A DNA stretch of 64,000 bases from Candidatus Omnitrophota bacterium (GCA_029261035.1 JAJDCD010000005.1:91516-155515), one strand, 5' to 3'; positions 19,455 to 29,623 are shown, numbered from the stretch's first letter. Translations and numbers: made by a program. The notes: generated by a model not told the origin, from the letters alone.

Positions 19455-20717
19455 ATGAGTGGGCAGATCCTAGTCGAGTTCATTATATTAGTTGTTTTAC
19501 TTTTTTTTTCTGTCTTCACCTCTCTGGCAGAGACTGCTTTAATTTCTGTAAATAGAAATAAACTCAAACAGAAAATCTCCCTGGGCTCAAAAAATGCTAA
19601 GAGAGCCATTAAAATCCTAGAGGCACCAGAAAAACTATTTGGTACAGTTTTAGTGATGAATAATATTGCTAATTTGCTAGCAGCATCTTTGGCAACAGCA
19701 ATTGCGTTTCAGTTTTTTAAAAATGACCAAGAAGCAGTTGCTATCGCAGCAATGTCTATCACAACAGTTGTTATTATTGGAGAAGTTACCGCTAAAACAA
19801 TAGCCGCTAAGCGACCTGTAGTTACTTCTCTTTTAGTTGTTTTTCCTATTCAAATTTTAATAATAGTCTGCGCGCCTTTTGTTTGGATTTTTACTCTGAT
19901 CACACGCCTTGTTTTGCGATTGTTTGGAATTCCAATTAAAGAAAATTCCTCCCTTTTAGCCGAGGAAGAAATTAAAGCTTTGATTCATATCGGTGAAGAA
20001 GAGGGTGATATTGAAATAGAAGAAGGTCAGATGTTGCGTAAGGTTTTTAATTTTGGAGACATGACGGTACGGGAAGCAATGACGCCTTTATCCGATATGG
20101 TGGCGCTTGAGGCTTCTGTAGGCTATGAGGATATGATGGAGACTGTTGTTGATGCAGGTTGTTCTCGTTTACCCATTTATGATGGAGAGAAAGATAATAT
20201 TGTTGGAGTTGTTCAAGTTAAGGACTTGCTAACTTTTTGGGAAAATCAGCAACTGATTATTTTGGAGGACGTAATGGATCCACCTTTGTTTGTTCCTTCG
20301 ATCAAAAAGATTAGTGATTTATTGCAAGAGTTTCAAGCGGGTAAATCACATATGGCGATTGTGACAAACTTGGCAGGCAAAATCGTTGGGCTGATTACTT
20401 TAGAGGATATCATCGAGGAAATCGTGGGTGAGATTGAAGATGAGTATGATGCGCGTTTTACGGATATAGAAAAAACCGGTAAAGATACCTATAAAACAAG
20501 TGGCTATTGCCTGATAGAAAAGGTAAACGAAGAGTTGAATGTAGAGCTCCCGGCAGCTGATTTTGTGATGTTGAATGGGTATATTATCTCAGAACTGGGG
20601 CATGTTCCTAAAAGCGGAGAGACAATAGATTTAGGTTCTATTCAAGTAAGGATTCAAGAGGTGGATGGGCATCGAATTATTCAGTTAGAAATTAAAAAGA
20701 AAGAGGATGCGATTTAA
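19455..20717 (+). CDS. HlyC/CorC (CNNM) family transporter: DUF21, tandem CBS and CorC-HlyC domains
   Basis: N-terminal four-TM DUF21-like region, a central tandem CBS pair ('MTPLSDMVALE...', 'HMAIVTNLAGKIVGLITLEDIIEEIVGEI') and a C-terminal transporter-associated domain. Confidence 0.85.
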   Translation: MSGQILVEFIILVVLLFFSVFTSLAETALISVNRNKLKQKISLGSKNAKRAIKILEAPEKLFGTVLVMNNIANLLAASLATAIAFQFFKNDQEAVAIAAMSITTVVIIGEVTAKTIAAKRPVVTSLLVVFPIQILIIVCAPFVWIFTLITRLVLRLFGIPIKENSSLLAEEEIKALIHIGEEEGDIEIEEGQMLRKVFNFGDMTVREAMTPLSDMVALEASVGYEDMMETVVDAGCSRLPIYDGEKDNIVGVVQVKDLLTFWENQQLIILEDVMDPPLFVPSIKKISDLLQEFQAGKSHMAIVTNLAGKIVGLITLEDIIEEIVGEIEDEYDARFTDIEKTGKDTYKTSGYCLIEKVNEELNVELPAADFVMLNGYIISELGHVPKSGETIDLGSIQVRIQEVDGHRIIQLEIKKKEDAI

Positions 20718-20814
20718 CACTGTATTCGTCTTCAGATTGTTTTATTTCGTATTTTTGCTATAATACCGGCCCTATTTAAAGTTTAGTTTAATGATGAGAA
20801 AGGAAGTTATTTTT

Positions 20815-21306
20815 ATGGCAGACGAAGAAAAGAAAGAAGAAGAAAAATTAGAAGAAGCTCCAAAGGCTGAAGAAGCAAAAGAAGAAACAGTTCCGGCAGA
20901 GGAAGCTCCAAAAGCAGAGACTCCAAAAGTTGAGGAAGCTCCTAAGGCGGAAGAAGTAAAAGAAGCAGCGGCTCCAGCAGCAGCTCCTAAAGCGGAAGAA
21001 GCAAAAGAAGAAGCAGCTCCAGCAGCAGAAGCTCCAAAAGCGGAAGAAGTAAAAGAAGCAGCAGCTCCGGTAGCAGAGACTCCAAAAGCGGAAGAAGCAA
21101 AAGAAGCAGCAGCTCCAGCAGCAGAGGCTCCTAAAGCGGAAGAAGCTCCAGCAGAAGATGGTGAGCCAAAAAGAATTAAGTTAAACAACTTGTCATTAGA
21201 GGAAATTGAAAAGAAACTTAAAGAGTGTGAAGAGAAAATGGGTGGTTTGCATTCTCGATTTGCTCGGGAACTTTTAAAGCGTAAGGCGCAATTAACCCAA
21301 AGCTAA
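20815..21306 (+). CDS. Acidic Ala/Glu/Lys/Pro-rich repeat protein with a unique C-terminal tail
   Basis: RBS 'aggaag' 9 nt upstream of ATG 20815. About 16-17-aa 'APKAEE(A/V)KEAAAPAAE' repeats, then the non-repetitive 'KRIKLNNLSLEEIEKKLKECEEKMGGLHSRFARELLKRKAQLTQS'. A full antisense ORF (20772-21188) is judged to be a low-complexity artefact. Confidence 0.55.
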   Translation: MADEEKKEEEKLEEAPKAEEAKEETVPAEEAPKAETPKVEEAPKAEEVKEAAAPAAAPKAEEAKEEAAPAAEAPKAEEVKEAAAPVAETPKAEEAKEAAAPAAEAPKAEEAPAEDGEPKRIKLNNLSLEEIEKKLKECEEKMGGLHSRFARELLKRKAQLTQS

Positions 21307-21470
21307 TTTCTAAGTTTTACAAGGATGTAAGGCAGGTGTAATTCATCAAAGGATGGATTTACCTGCCTTTTTTTATTTATACAAACAAGTAATTAACGAT
21401 TTTAAGCTAAGGAACTCCTCCTTTTTAGTCGATATTTCTATGTGACATATTCTAAGGAGCAATGGGATAA

Positions 21471-22205
21471 ATGATTCGATTAAACAATATAGTAATGAAC
21501 AGAATTCTTATTATTTTAATAAGTCTAATTATTGCGAGTTGTGCTTCAAGAGGTCCAACCTCTGACAGAGGAATTTACCATACTGTTACTAAAGGCCAGA
21601 CTCTATGGCGTATTTCTCAAGCCTATAAAGTTTCCCTCAAAAAAGTGATGAAAGTAAATAAAATTGCGGATGCTTCAAAGATTGAACAGGGGCAAAAACT
21701 ATTTATTCCAGGGGCAAAGAAGTTTATAGATGTGACACCCGCAAGTCGTTGGACACACATAGTAATTCATCACAGTGCAACTTTTAATGGAAATGCAGCT
21801 ATATTTGATAAACAGCACAGGAAACGGGGCTTTTGGAATGGGTTGGGATATCACTTTGTTATTGGTAATGGTTCTTCGCAGAGAAGGAATGGTCAGGTGG
21901 AAATAGGGCACCGTTGGGTGAATCAGATGGATGGGGCTCATTGTAATGCCATGGACATGAATAAAATTGGAATAGGTATTTGTCTTGTAGGTAACTTTGA
22001 TGAACAAAAACCATCAACAGATCAAATTAATTCTTTATCTTCTCTGGTATTACAGCTTAGAAAACAGTTTGGAATTTCTTCAAAAAATGTTATCCGACAT
22101 AATCAAGTTCAGGGAAAAAACACTCATTGTCCTGGATCCAATTTTCCTTGGGGTAACTTCAAAGATAGAGTGGCAAGCGCTTCTAAAGGTGCTGCTCGAG
22201 CATAA
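21471..22205 (+). CDS. N-acetylmuramoyl-L-alanine amidase (amidase_2/PGRP type) with an N-terminal LysM domain; probable lipoprotein
   Basis: Lipobox-like 'LIIASCAS'. LysM 'YHTVTKGQTLWRISQAYKVSLKKVMKVNKI...GQKLFIP'. Amidase_2 'IVIHHSAT...GYHFVIGNG...GAHC'. Confidence 0.8.
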   Translation: MIRLNNIVMNRILIILISLIIASCASRGPTSDRGIYHTVTKGQTLWRISQAYKVSLKKVMKVNKIADASKIEQGQKLFIPGAKKFIDVTPASRWTHIVIHHSATFNGNAAIFDKQHRKRGFWNGLGYHFVIGNGSSQRRNGQVEIGHRWVNQMDGAHCNAMDMNKIGIGICLVGNFDEQKPSTDQINSLSSLVLQLRKQFGISSKNVIRHNQVQGKNTHCPGSNFPWGNFKDRVASASKGAARA

Positions 22206-22410
22206 TCTCCAAAACTCCCATTTTTATCCCATAAATGTTTCTTTTTTGACTCTTCATCTACATTATTGTAGATAGACTTCTCTTAGCTTCACCTAAAACA
22301 GTCCTATAAATTATTTCTACCCCTCAATTTATGAATAAATTCTTGGCATGACTATTGCTAATACTACTAGAACGGATCGAAACCTTTCATTTAATAAACA
22401 AGGAGGAAGA

Positions 22411-23736
22411 ATGTTGTTAAAGAAACTATTTAAATCTAATCTCTGGAAATGGGGTTTGTTTGGGATGTTGTTTTCTTTAGTCCCATTAACAAATCTATTT
22501 GCACAAGGGACGATTGACTCAGGGGATACTACTTTTATCCTTTTGTGTGCGGCTCTTGTTATGTTGATGACCCCCGGCTTAGGGCTTTTTTATGCTGGGA
22601 TGGTTAGAACCAAAAATGTTCTTAACATGATCATGAAGAGTTTTGTTATTCTTTGTGTTATCAGTGTTCAATGGGTGCTTTGGGGATACACTTTAGCATT
22701 TGGACCTGATACGGGAATGGGCATTATTGGAAGTTTGGAATATTTTGGTCTTAATGGGGTAGGACAAGAACCAGGCCCTTATGCGGACAATATTCCTCAT
22801 TATGTTTTTGTTGCATTTCAAGGTATGTTTGCAATTATTACTCCAGCTTTAATTACAGGAGCACTTGCTGAAAGAATGAAGTTTAGTGCATTGCTTCTTT
22901 TCTCAGTTTTATGGGCAACGTTAGTTTATGATCCACTTTGTCACTGGGTTTGGGGTGATAACGGATTTCTTGGTTCTTTAGGAGCTTTGGATTTCGCTGG
23001 TGGAACCGTGGTTCATATCAGTTCTGGTATTTCTGCGTTAGCTGCATGTATTTTGATTGGTAAAAGAAAAGGTTATGGTTCTGAAGATATGTCACCACAT
23101 AATTTAACCATGACAATTTTGGGGACGGCATTACTTTGGTTTGGTTGGTTTGGATTTAATGCAGGAAGTGCTTTAGCTGCAGATGGTTTAGCTGCGAATG
23201 CATTTATCGTAACCAATACCGCTGCCGCTGCCGCTGCTCTTTCTTGGATGTTTACAGAGTGGTTTATTAAAGGAAAGCCAACTGCGTTGGGTGTTGTTTC
23301 CGGTGCTGTTGCTGGTCTTGTAGCAATTACTCCAGCAGCTGGTTTTGTTGGACCTTTGGCTTCTATTGCTTTAGGAGCTATTGCCGGTATCGTTTGTTAC
23401 CTTGCTGTTCTTCTTAAAGTTAAAGCTTTTGGTTATGATGATTCTTTGGATGTGTTTGGCATTCATGGAATTGGTGGTTTAACAGGGGCTTTATTAACAG
23501 GTATTCTTGCTTCTGCAGCAGTAAATCCAGGAGCTGGAGATGGTCTTCTTAACGGAAATCCAGGTCAATTTGTAAATCAATTAATTGCTTGTGGCGTTAC
23601 AGTTGTATATGCGTTCATTATGACTGCGATTATTTTGAAAGTAGTTGATTTGATCGTTGGCGTCCGTGTGAAGTCTGAAGATGAAGAAACAGGTTTAGAC
23701 TTAACACAACATGGTGAATCTGGATACAATTTGTAA
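22411..23736 (+). CDS. amtB: Ammonium transporter (Amt family)
   Basis: Amt signatures '[13 protein letters not shown]' and '[18 protein letters not shown]'. Start moved to ATG 22411 with the RBS 'aggagg'. Confidence 0.9.
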   Translation: MLLKKLFKSNLWKWGLFGMLFSLVPLTNLFAQGTIDSGDTTFILLCAALVMLMTPGLGLFYAGMVRTKNVLNMIMKSFVILCVISVQWVLWGYTLAFGPDTGMGIIGSLEYFGLNGVGQEPGPYADNIPHYVFVAFQGMFAIITPALITGALAERMKFSALLLFSVLWATLVYDPLCHWVWGDNGFLGSLGALDFAGGTVVHISSGISALAACILIGKRKGYGSEDMSPHNLTMTILGTALLWFGWFGFNAGSALAADGLAANAFIVTNTAAAAAALSWMFTEWFIKGKPTALGVVSGAVAGLVAITPAAGFVGPLASIALGAIAGIVCYLAVLLKVKAFGYDDSLDVFGIHGIGGLTGALLTGILASAAVNPGAGDGLLNGNPGQFVNQLIACGVTVVYAFIMTAIILKVVDLIVGVRVKSEDEETGLDLTQHGESGYNL

Positions 23737-23758
23737 TTTTTCATAGGAGGAAAACTAA

Positions 23759-24094
23759 ATGAAGAAAGTTGAAGCAATTATTCGCCCAAGCACTTTGCAA
23801 AAAGTATTAGATGCTTTGTCAGCTTCTGGGTACCCAGGGTTAACAGTAGCTGAAGTAAAAGGGCATGGAAAACAAAAAGGTATTACGGAAGAGTATCGTG
23901 GTCAATCACATGAAGGTTTCTTGCACAAAATTAAATTAGAAACTGTGGTTACAGACGATCAAGTAGATACTTTGGTTGAAACAATTACGAACGCAGCAAA
24001 AACAGGTCAAATCGGAGACGGTAAGATTTTTGTTTCTGATGTAGGGGAAGCTGTTCGTATTCGTACCGGAGAAAAAGGTAACGACGCAATATAG
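23759..24094 (+). CDS. glnK: Nitrogen regulatory protein P-II
   Basis: 'MKKVEAIIRP', T-loop 'GHGKQKG' and C-terminal 'GDGKIFV'. Sits immediately downstream of amtB, the classic amtB-glnK pair. Confidence 0.9.
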   Translation: MKKVEAIIRPSTLQKVLDALSASGYPGLTVAEVKGHGKQKGITEEYRGQSHEGFLHKIKLETVVTDDQVDTLVETITNAAKTGQIGDGKIFVSDVGEAVRIRTGEKGNDAI

Positions 24095-24162
24095 TAAAAA
24101 GTGCGGTCCAGAGCCTGGGTAGAATTAGATCTTTTGATTTTGCCTGGGCTTCATTTTAAAAC

Positions 24163-24200
24163 AAAAAGCCAGATCTTAATTGATCTGGCTTTTTTGTTTT
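24163..24200 (+). terminator. Rho-independent terminator of the amtB-glnK unit
   Basis: Hairpin 'gccagatc ttaatt gatctggc' followed by 'ttttttgtttt'. An A-run upstream makes it potentially bidirectional. Confidence 0.7.
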
Positions 24201-24368
24201 AAAAGGCTTTTGGTTCTTAGCTTTTAGTAGAGTTTAATTCAAAAATTTTTTTCAACCAAAAGCTAAGAGCTAGTAGCCAAAGACTATAGATATAGGAAGT
24301 CTTGCTATTTTACTCAAAATTTGAAAGAATACTCTTTTAACATTAACTCTTAACAAGTTTTAGGTGCT

Positions 24369-25745
24369 ATGAGTCAAAAATCTTCTCGGGATCTTGTTCA
24401 TCGTTTAAGTCAGTACGCTCATCGCCTTACATATCAGCAGTTGCCTCAGAATGTCATTCATCAAGCCAAAATTAGAGTTATTGATTCGCTTTGCTGTGCT
24501 TTGGCTACTGTCAAAACTAAACCAGCGCGTATTCTCCGAAAAACTGCTTTAAAAAACGCATTAAATTCAAAGGGGGCTACTTTAATAGGAACCAAGCAAA
24601 AAGTATTTGCTCCTATGGCAGCGTTCTATAATGGATCCTTGATTCGATATTGGGATTATAACGACACCTACTTATCTAAAGAACCAGCGCATCCAAGTGA
24701 TAATTTGGGGGCATTAATTTCTGCAGCGGAGCTTATGAAATCAACGGGTAAAGATTTTATTACCGCGATGGTTTTGTCTTATGAAATTCAGTGTCGATTA
24801 TGTGACGCTCAGAGTTTGAGAACTAAGGGCTGGGATCATGTGACTTACGGAGCTTTATCGGCTTCGTTGGGAGTTGGGAAGCTGATGAAGCTAACTGAGG
24901 CAGAGTTGTCTCATGCCGTTTCCATGACAACGGTTTCTGGTGTGGCTCTAAGGCAAACACGTGTGGGGGAAATTTCTTATTGGAAAGCTTCTGCTTTTGC
25001 GCAAGTTTCTCGGAATGCTTTATTTTCTGCTTTGTTAGCTAAAGAGGGTATGACGGGCCCGAGCTCTATTATCAGTGGGGAGAAAGGATTTGAAAAAGGA
25101 GTTTCAGGGCCTTTGAACATAAAGGCTCTTGGAGGCCGTAATCATCCATTTAAAATTTTAGAAACGTATTTAAAATATTATCCTGTTGAATATCATAGCC
25201 AAGCGGCTGTCCAGGCAGCATTGGAATTAAGAAAACAGATTGCTAGCATCGATTTAATCCAAAAAATCAACATTACAACTTATGATGTAGCCATTGAAAT
25301 TATTGTGAAAGATCCAGAAAAATGGAAGCCTAAGGAAAGAGAAACGGCGGATCATAGTTTGCCTTTTGCAGTTGCTCGCAGTTTGTTGGATGGAAAAATG
25401 ACGCTTAAGCAGTATTCGGATAAAAAAATTTCTGATCCTAAAGTTCTAAAATTGATGAAGAAGATTAAAATTAAAGAGAGTTCTTCTATGACACAGAAAT
25501 ATCCGAAAAGTTTACCTTGTCGTATAGAGATTCAGCTTCGGGGAGGAAGAAAGGTTTCTTCTGAAGTTATTTTCCCCAAAGGACATTACAGGAATCCATT
25601 AACAGATGATGAAGTGAATCAAAAATTTATTCAATTAACACAAAAACATCTTTCTTCAGATAATCAGAAGAAAATTTTAGACCAGTTGTGGAATTTAGAG
25701 AAATTAAAACATTGGGATGAATTATTGAAACTGATGGTGGTTTAA
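24369..25745 (+). CDS. prpD: MmgE/PrpD family protein (2-methylcitrate dehydratase)
   Basis: 458 aa with the family-typical 'LGALISAAE' and 'GWDHVTYGA' regions. Immediately upstream of prpB and prpC. Confidence 0.8.
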   Translation: MSQKSSRDLVHRLSQYAHRLTYQQLPQNVIHQAKIRVIDSLCCALATVKTKPARILRKTALKNALNSKGATLIGTKQKVFAPMAAFYNGSLIRYWDYNDTYLSKEPAHPSDNLGALISAAELMKSTGKDFITAMVLSYEIQCRLCDAQSLRTKGWDHVTYGALSASLGVGKLMKLTEAELSHAVSMTTVSGVALRQTRVGEISYWKASAFAQVSRNALFSALLAKEGMTGPSSIISGEKGFEKGVSGPLNIKALGGRNHPFKILETYLKYYPVEYHSQAAVQAALELRKQIASIDLIQKINITTYDVAIEIIVKDPEKWKPKERETADHSLPFAVARSLLDGKMTLKQYSDKKISDPKVLKLMKKIKIKESSSMTQKYPKSLPCRIEIQLRGGRKVSSEVIFPKGHYRNPLTDDEVNQKFIQLTQKHLSSDNQKKILDQLWNLEKLKHWDELLKLMVV

Positions 25746-25747
25746 TT

Positions 25748-26590
25748 ATGAAAAAAAGTAAAGCAAACCTAAGAACCTTAATTAATTCTGGGAAGACGCT
25801 TTGTTTTCCTGGAGCTTTTAATGCTGCTGTAGCTTTGCAGATTCAACAAGCAGGTTTTCCTGGGGTGTATGTTTCGGGTGCTGGAATTTCGAATGGTTTG
25901 GCGGGGTTGCCTGATATTGAACTTGTAACTCGAAAGGAAATGATTTGGGCGAATCAATTTATTACGTCTCGTGTTGAAATACCTGTTTTCTCAGATGCGG
26001 ATACGGGATATGGAGGGCCTTTGCAAGTAGCTAAAACGGTTGAGCAATTTGAGAGTATTGGAGTTTCTGCGATTCATTTAGAGGATCAAAAGACCCCGAA
26101 ACGATGTGGTCATCTTGAAGGGAAAAAATTGATATCTCCAGAAGCCATGTGCCGTAAAATCAGAGTTGCTGTAAAAGCGCGAAAAAGCCGTAATTTTTTA
26201 ATCGTGGCTCGTACGGACTCCAGGGGAGTTGAAGGGTTTGAGGCGTGTCTGACTCGAATCAAAGCCTATATCAAAGCGGGTGCAGATGCTATTTTTCCAG
26301 AAGCGTTGCATTCTATTGAAGAATTTAAGCAAGTTCGGAAGCTTTTCCAGATCCCTCTTGTAGCTAATATGACCGAATTTGGTAAAACTCCTTATATTTC
26401 TATTAGACAGTTTCAAAAGCTTGAGTATAATATCGTACTATTTCCTTTGAGTATCTTTCGACTCACTATGGGGCGTTCTCAGGTTTTTTTGAAGGATTTG
26501 GCTAAAAAAGGAACTCAGGTAGATTATTTACAGAAAATGCAGACTCGGGAAGAACTTTACGATTTATTACAATATTCAGACTATCAGTAG
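25748..26590 (+). CDS. prpB: Methylisocitrate lyase
   Basis: ICL/PEP-mutase signature 'KRCGHLEGK'. 'DADTGYG'. Confidence 0.85.
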   Translation: MKKSKANLRTLINSGKTLCFPGAFNAAVALQIQQAGFPGVYVSGAGISNGLAGLPDIELVTRKEMIWANQFITSRVEIPVFSDADTGYGGPLQVAKTVEQFESIGVSAIHLEDQKTPKRCGHLEGKKLISPEAMCRKIRVAVKARKSRNFLIVARTDSRGVEGFEACLTRIKAYIKAGADAIFPEALHSIEEFKQVRKLFQIPLVANMTEFGKTPYISIRQFQKLEYNIVLFPLSIFRLTMGRSQVFLKDLAKKGTQVDYLQKMQTREELYDLLQYSDYQ

Positions 26591-26610
26591 ATAAAAGACG
26601 GGTAAATACA

Positions 26611-27747
26611 ATGAGTGAAAAAACATCAACAAAATCAACGGGGTTGGAAGGTATCGTTGCTGGACAATCTATTATTTCTCAAGTGGATCCGACAGGGGAC
26701 AAATTAACTTATTGTGGATACGATGCTCATGAATTAGCAGATAAATCTTGCTATGAGGAAGTTGCTTATTTACTCATTATGGGACGTCTTCCATCTCAAT
26801 CAGAGTTGGAACAGTTTAAGTCTCAGCTAGTAAAGGAAAGAAAGGTTGAAGAGCCTGTTAGAAAATTATTCACTCAGCTAACACCCGATTCTCATCCAAT
26901 GGATCGATTAAGAACAGTTGTGTCTTTCAGTTCGATGTTTGATCCTGACAATGGGGATAATTCTTATGAAGCCAATATTCGTAAAGCAATTCGTTTGGTA
27001 GCAAAAATGCCTGCTTTTGTTGCGGGTAGCTTTTTGATTCCTGAAGGAAAAGAATTGTTGGAATCTAACCCAGAATTTTCACATGCTAAGTATTTTCTTC
27101 ATTTGCTGACGGGAAAAGAACCGGATGACTTTTTTGTAAAAGTTTTTGATGCATCTCTTATTTTGTATGCTGAACATGGATTTAATGCATCCACGTTTGC
27201 GGGGCGTGTCACAATGGGAACGCAATCAGACATTTATTCGGGAGTAACATCCTCGATAGGCACTTTAAAAGGACCTTTGCATGGTGGAGCCAATGAAAAG
27301 GCAATGGAAATGCTTCTTGAAATCGGAGAGCCTTCAAAAGCCGAAAGTTGGGTCAGAGAGGCTTTGGCTCAAAAAAAGAAAATTATGGGCTTTGGTCACC
27401 GGGTATATAAGACGCAAGATTCAAGAGCGCCTTTATTAAAAGAGTTAAACAAAAAATTATCAGAGCACTTAGGAAATACACGCTGGTACGAAATTGGAGA
27501 TACGGTAGAACGTATATTGAAAGAAGAAAAGAAATTATTTCCTAATGTAGATTTCCCTTGCGCCTCTTTGTATTACTTATTGGGTTTACCTATTCAAGTT
27601 TATACTCCTATTTTTGCAGCTGCCAGAACAGCAGGGTGGTGTGCTCACGATATTGAACAATCCGAAAACAATCGACTCATTCGACCTCAGTGTGATTATG
27701 TGGGGGAAAGTAATCTACAATACACTCCGATTGATGAAAGAAAATAA
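26611..27747 (+). CDS. prpC: 2-methylcitrate synthase / citrate synthase family
   Basis: Citrate synthase signature 'GFGHRVYKTQDSRA' and 'GPLHGGANE'. Confidence 0.85.
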   Translation: MSEKTSTKSTGLEGIVAGQSIISQVDPTGDKLTYCGYDAHELADKSCYEEVAYLLIMGRLPSQSELEQFKSQLVKERKVEEPVRKLFTQLTPDSHPMDRLRTVVSFSSMFDPDNGDNSYEANIRKAIRLVAKMPAFVAGSFLIPEGKELLESNPEFSHAKYFLHLLTGKEPDDFFVKVFDASLILYAEHGFNASTFAGRVTMGTQSDIYSGVTSSIGTLKGPLHGGANEKAMEMLLEIGEPSKAESWVREALAQKKKIMGFGHRVYKTQDSRAPLLKELNKKLSEHLGNTRWYEIGDTVERILKEEKKLFPNVDFPCASLYYLLGLPIQVYTPIFAAARTAGWCAHDIEQSENNRLIRPQCDYVGESNLQYTPIDERK

Positions 27748-27764
27748 ATAGAACTCTTTTTCTT

Positions 27765-28481
27765 ATGCAAAAAATCAAAATATTTCCTATTTTTATTTTT
27801 TCATTGATGACCCTATTTTTATTTTCAGGGGCTTCACTTTTTAAGAACAAAGCTTCTTCTGAATCTTACGAGCCTCTAAAAATTGCAATCTTACCTATTG
27901 GCCATATGCCTGGAAAACCTTTGACAGTGCCTATGGGGAAAAATCTTGTTGATAAAATTGTAAACTCTACACAAGGGGATAATTTTATAAGTGAAGCGAT
28001 TTTTAAATCTACAGAAACCGCCAAAGACCCTACTTATGTTGAAAAACAGATATATATATTTATTGGTCGGATGCTTAAAAAACAAAGCTGGTTTGTTGTA
28101 AGTCCTGTTGATGTTTTTGCGGAGTTTAATTCATTAGGTTACTTGAGAAATAACATTGATTTTAAGGAATTGAATGAGCAACTTCATGCAGATAGATACC
28201 TAAGTGTGAACATTGATTACTGGGATGGGGAAGATTATGATAAAGAAGGGTTTATGTATGTGGGTTATACCGCACAGCTTTTAGATTCCAAAGGGCAGTT
28301 GATGTGGGGGCGGAAAAAAGAAAAAGAATTATACCGAATCAAAGAAGATCAAGAGGATGTTAATTCTTTCGTTAAAGAGTATTATGAGGAGCTGATACGA
28401 AAAATTGCTAAAGATATAATTTATAAATTTCCTAAAGTAGAAAAAAAGATTGTCAAAAAAGAGGTTGTGATTAATGACTAA
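27765..28481 (+). CDS. Hypothetical secreted protein
   Basis: N-terminal hydrophobic signal-like segment 'IFPIFIFSLMTLFLFSGASL'. No known domain. Overlaps the next ORF by 8 nt. Confidence 0.5.
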   Translation: MQKIKIFPIFIFSLMTLFLFSGASLFKNKASSESYEPLKIAILPIGHMPGKPLTVPMGKNLVDKIVNSTQGDNFISEAIFKSTETAKDPTYVEKQIYIFIGRMLKKQSWFVVSPVDVFAEFNSLGYLRNNIDFKELNEQLHADRYLSVNIDYWDGEDYDKEGFMYVGYTAQLLDSKGQLMWGRKKEKELYRIKEDQEDVNSFVKEYYEELIRKIAKDIIYKFPKVEKKIVKKEVVIND

Positions 28482-29160
28482 AATAGTTAGAGAACATAAG
28501 CACTCTCATGATCACCATGATGAAAGTAAGGATTTAGTTCCTGCCTTAAAGAAGGAAGTTTTAGAGCATTTACCCTTTACCCTAATAGGAATGGTTTTTG
28601 GGCTAGTGTTGGTTTTTGTTGGTTCCTTTGGATTCAAGATCATTTTATCTGAAGAAGCTTTTCATTTTTCGCATTTTCTACACATTTTTTTTAGTGCCGC
28701 TGCGGCGGCGGCTTTGATGACATTTTATGAGTCGAGTTATGCTCGCTCGGTTATTGTTGGGATGTTGAGCGCAATATTTCTTTGTACCTTGTCTGATACC
28801 CTGATTCCTTATTGGGGAGCAATGCTTTTGGGTAAGGAGCCAGAGTTTCATCTTTGTGGCCTAGAGCACCCTATGATGACGCTCTTGATTGCTTTGTTAG
28901 GGACAAACCTAGGTCTTGTTTGGCTTAAAGGGTTTGAACACTGTTCTCGATGGAATCATTTATTTCATATTTTTATATCTTCAGCTGCTTCCGGAATTTA
29001 TTTATTTTCATTTTCAAGTCAGATATTTATTTCAGAAATTTTAGGGGTCCTAGTTATTTTATTTATTTCGATCTTTTTACCGTGTCTCGTTAGTGATGTA
29101 ATTATCCCAATGTTTCTAGTTCACCCCAGTTTTTTCATTAAAAAGATTTTTAAACGCTAA
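28474..29160 (+). CDS. Hypothetical polytopic membrane protein with a His-rich N-terminus
   Basis: 'EHKHSHDHHDESKD' followed by several hydrophobic helices. Translationally coupled to the upstream ORF. Confidence 0.5.
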   Translation: MTKIVREHKHSHDHHDESKDLVPALKKEVLEHLPFTLIGMVFGLVLVFVGSFGFKIILSEEAFHFSHFLHIFFSAAAAAALMTFYESSYARSVIVGMLSAIFLCTLSDTLIPYWGAMLLGKEPEFHLCGLEHPMMTLLIALLGTNLGLVWLKGFEHCSRWNHLFHIFISSAASGIYLFSFSSQIFISEILGVLVILFISIFLPCLVSDVIIPMFLVHPSFFIKKIFKR

Positions 29161-29287
29161 ATCTAAGATTGCTGTAATTGTGAAGTGCCAACTAAGGAGC
29201 TGAATCAATCTCAGGCAAATGGAATTTAATTTTCTAGAGATTGCCGAGCTTCACATGTCTAATTGCTCGCAATGACAAGAGGTTTTT

Positions 29288-29623
29288 ATGAATTTAAAAA
29301 ATTATAAAAAACATATTTTTGTTTGTACGGGATCTAAATGCGCTCCTGAAATTTCTCCAGATATTTATCAAAAGCTCAAACAGAAGTTAGAAGAAAAAAG
29401 TTTGAGTAAAGTTGAGGGGGGAGTGATGAGAAGTCAGTCTTCTTGTTTAGGGGTGTGTCAGGGAGGGCCTTTATTGGTTGTTTACCCAGAAGCTGTCTGG
29501 TACGATCAGGTCTCTGAAGAGGATTTAGACCGTATTATTGATGAGCATCTTGTCCAAGATAAGCCTGTAAAAGACTTAATTTTCCATAAAAATCAATATT
29601 CCTGCAAAAAACCTTCAGATTAG
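29288..29623 (+). CDS. Thioredoxin-like [2Fe-2S] ferredoxin
   Basis: Cys pattern 'VCTGSKCA' ... 'SCLGVCQGGPLLVVYPEAVWY' is typical of the 2Fe-2S thioredoxin-like ferredoxin family. Confidence 0.75.
   Translation: MNLKNYKKHIFVCTGSKCAPEISPDIYQKLKQKLEEKSLSKVEGGVMRSQSSCLGVCQGGPLLVVYPEAVWYDQVSEEDLDRIIDEHLVQDKPVKDLIFHKNQYSCKKPSD

Noticed and set aside
20772-21188. 138-aa minus-strand ORF (Ala/Ser/Gly-rich) antisense to the acidic repeat protein
   Set aside because: It is a reverse-complement shadow of the GAA/GCA-rich repeats. It has no RBS and no unique domain, whereas the + frame has a strong RBS and a structured C-terminal tail.
21997-22275. 92-aa + strand ORF overlapping the 3' end of the amidase gene
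   Set aside because: It is out-of-frame within the amidase and its downstream spacer. It has no RBS and low-complexity hydrophobic content.
24206-24275. Apparent second inverted repeat 'cttttggttcttagc ... aaccaaaagctaagagc' after the glnK terminator
   Set aside because: The two halves are in permuted order (A-B ... A'-B' rather than A-B ... B'-A'), so they cannot form one extended hairpin. It is possibly a degenerate repeat but is not interpretable.
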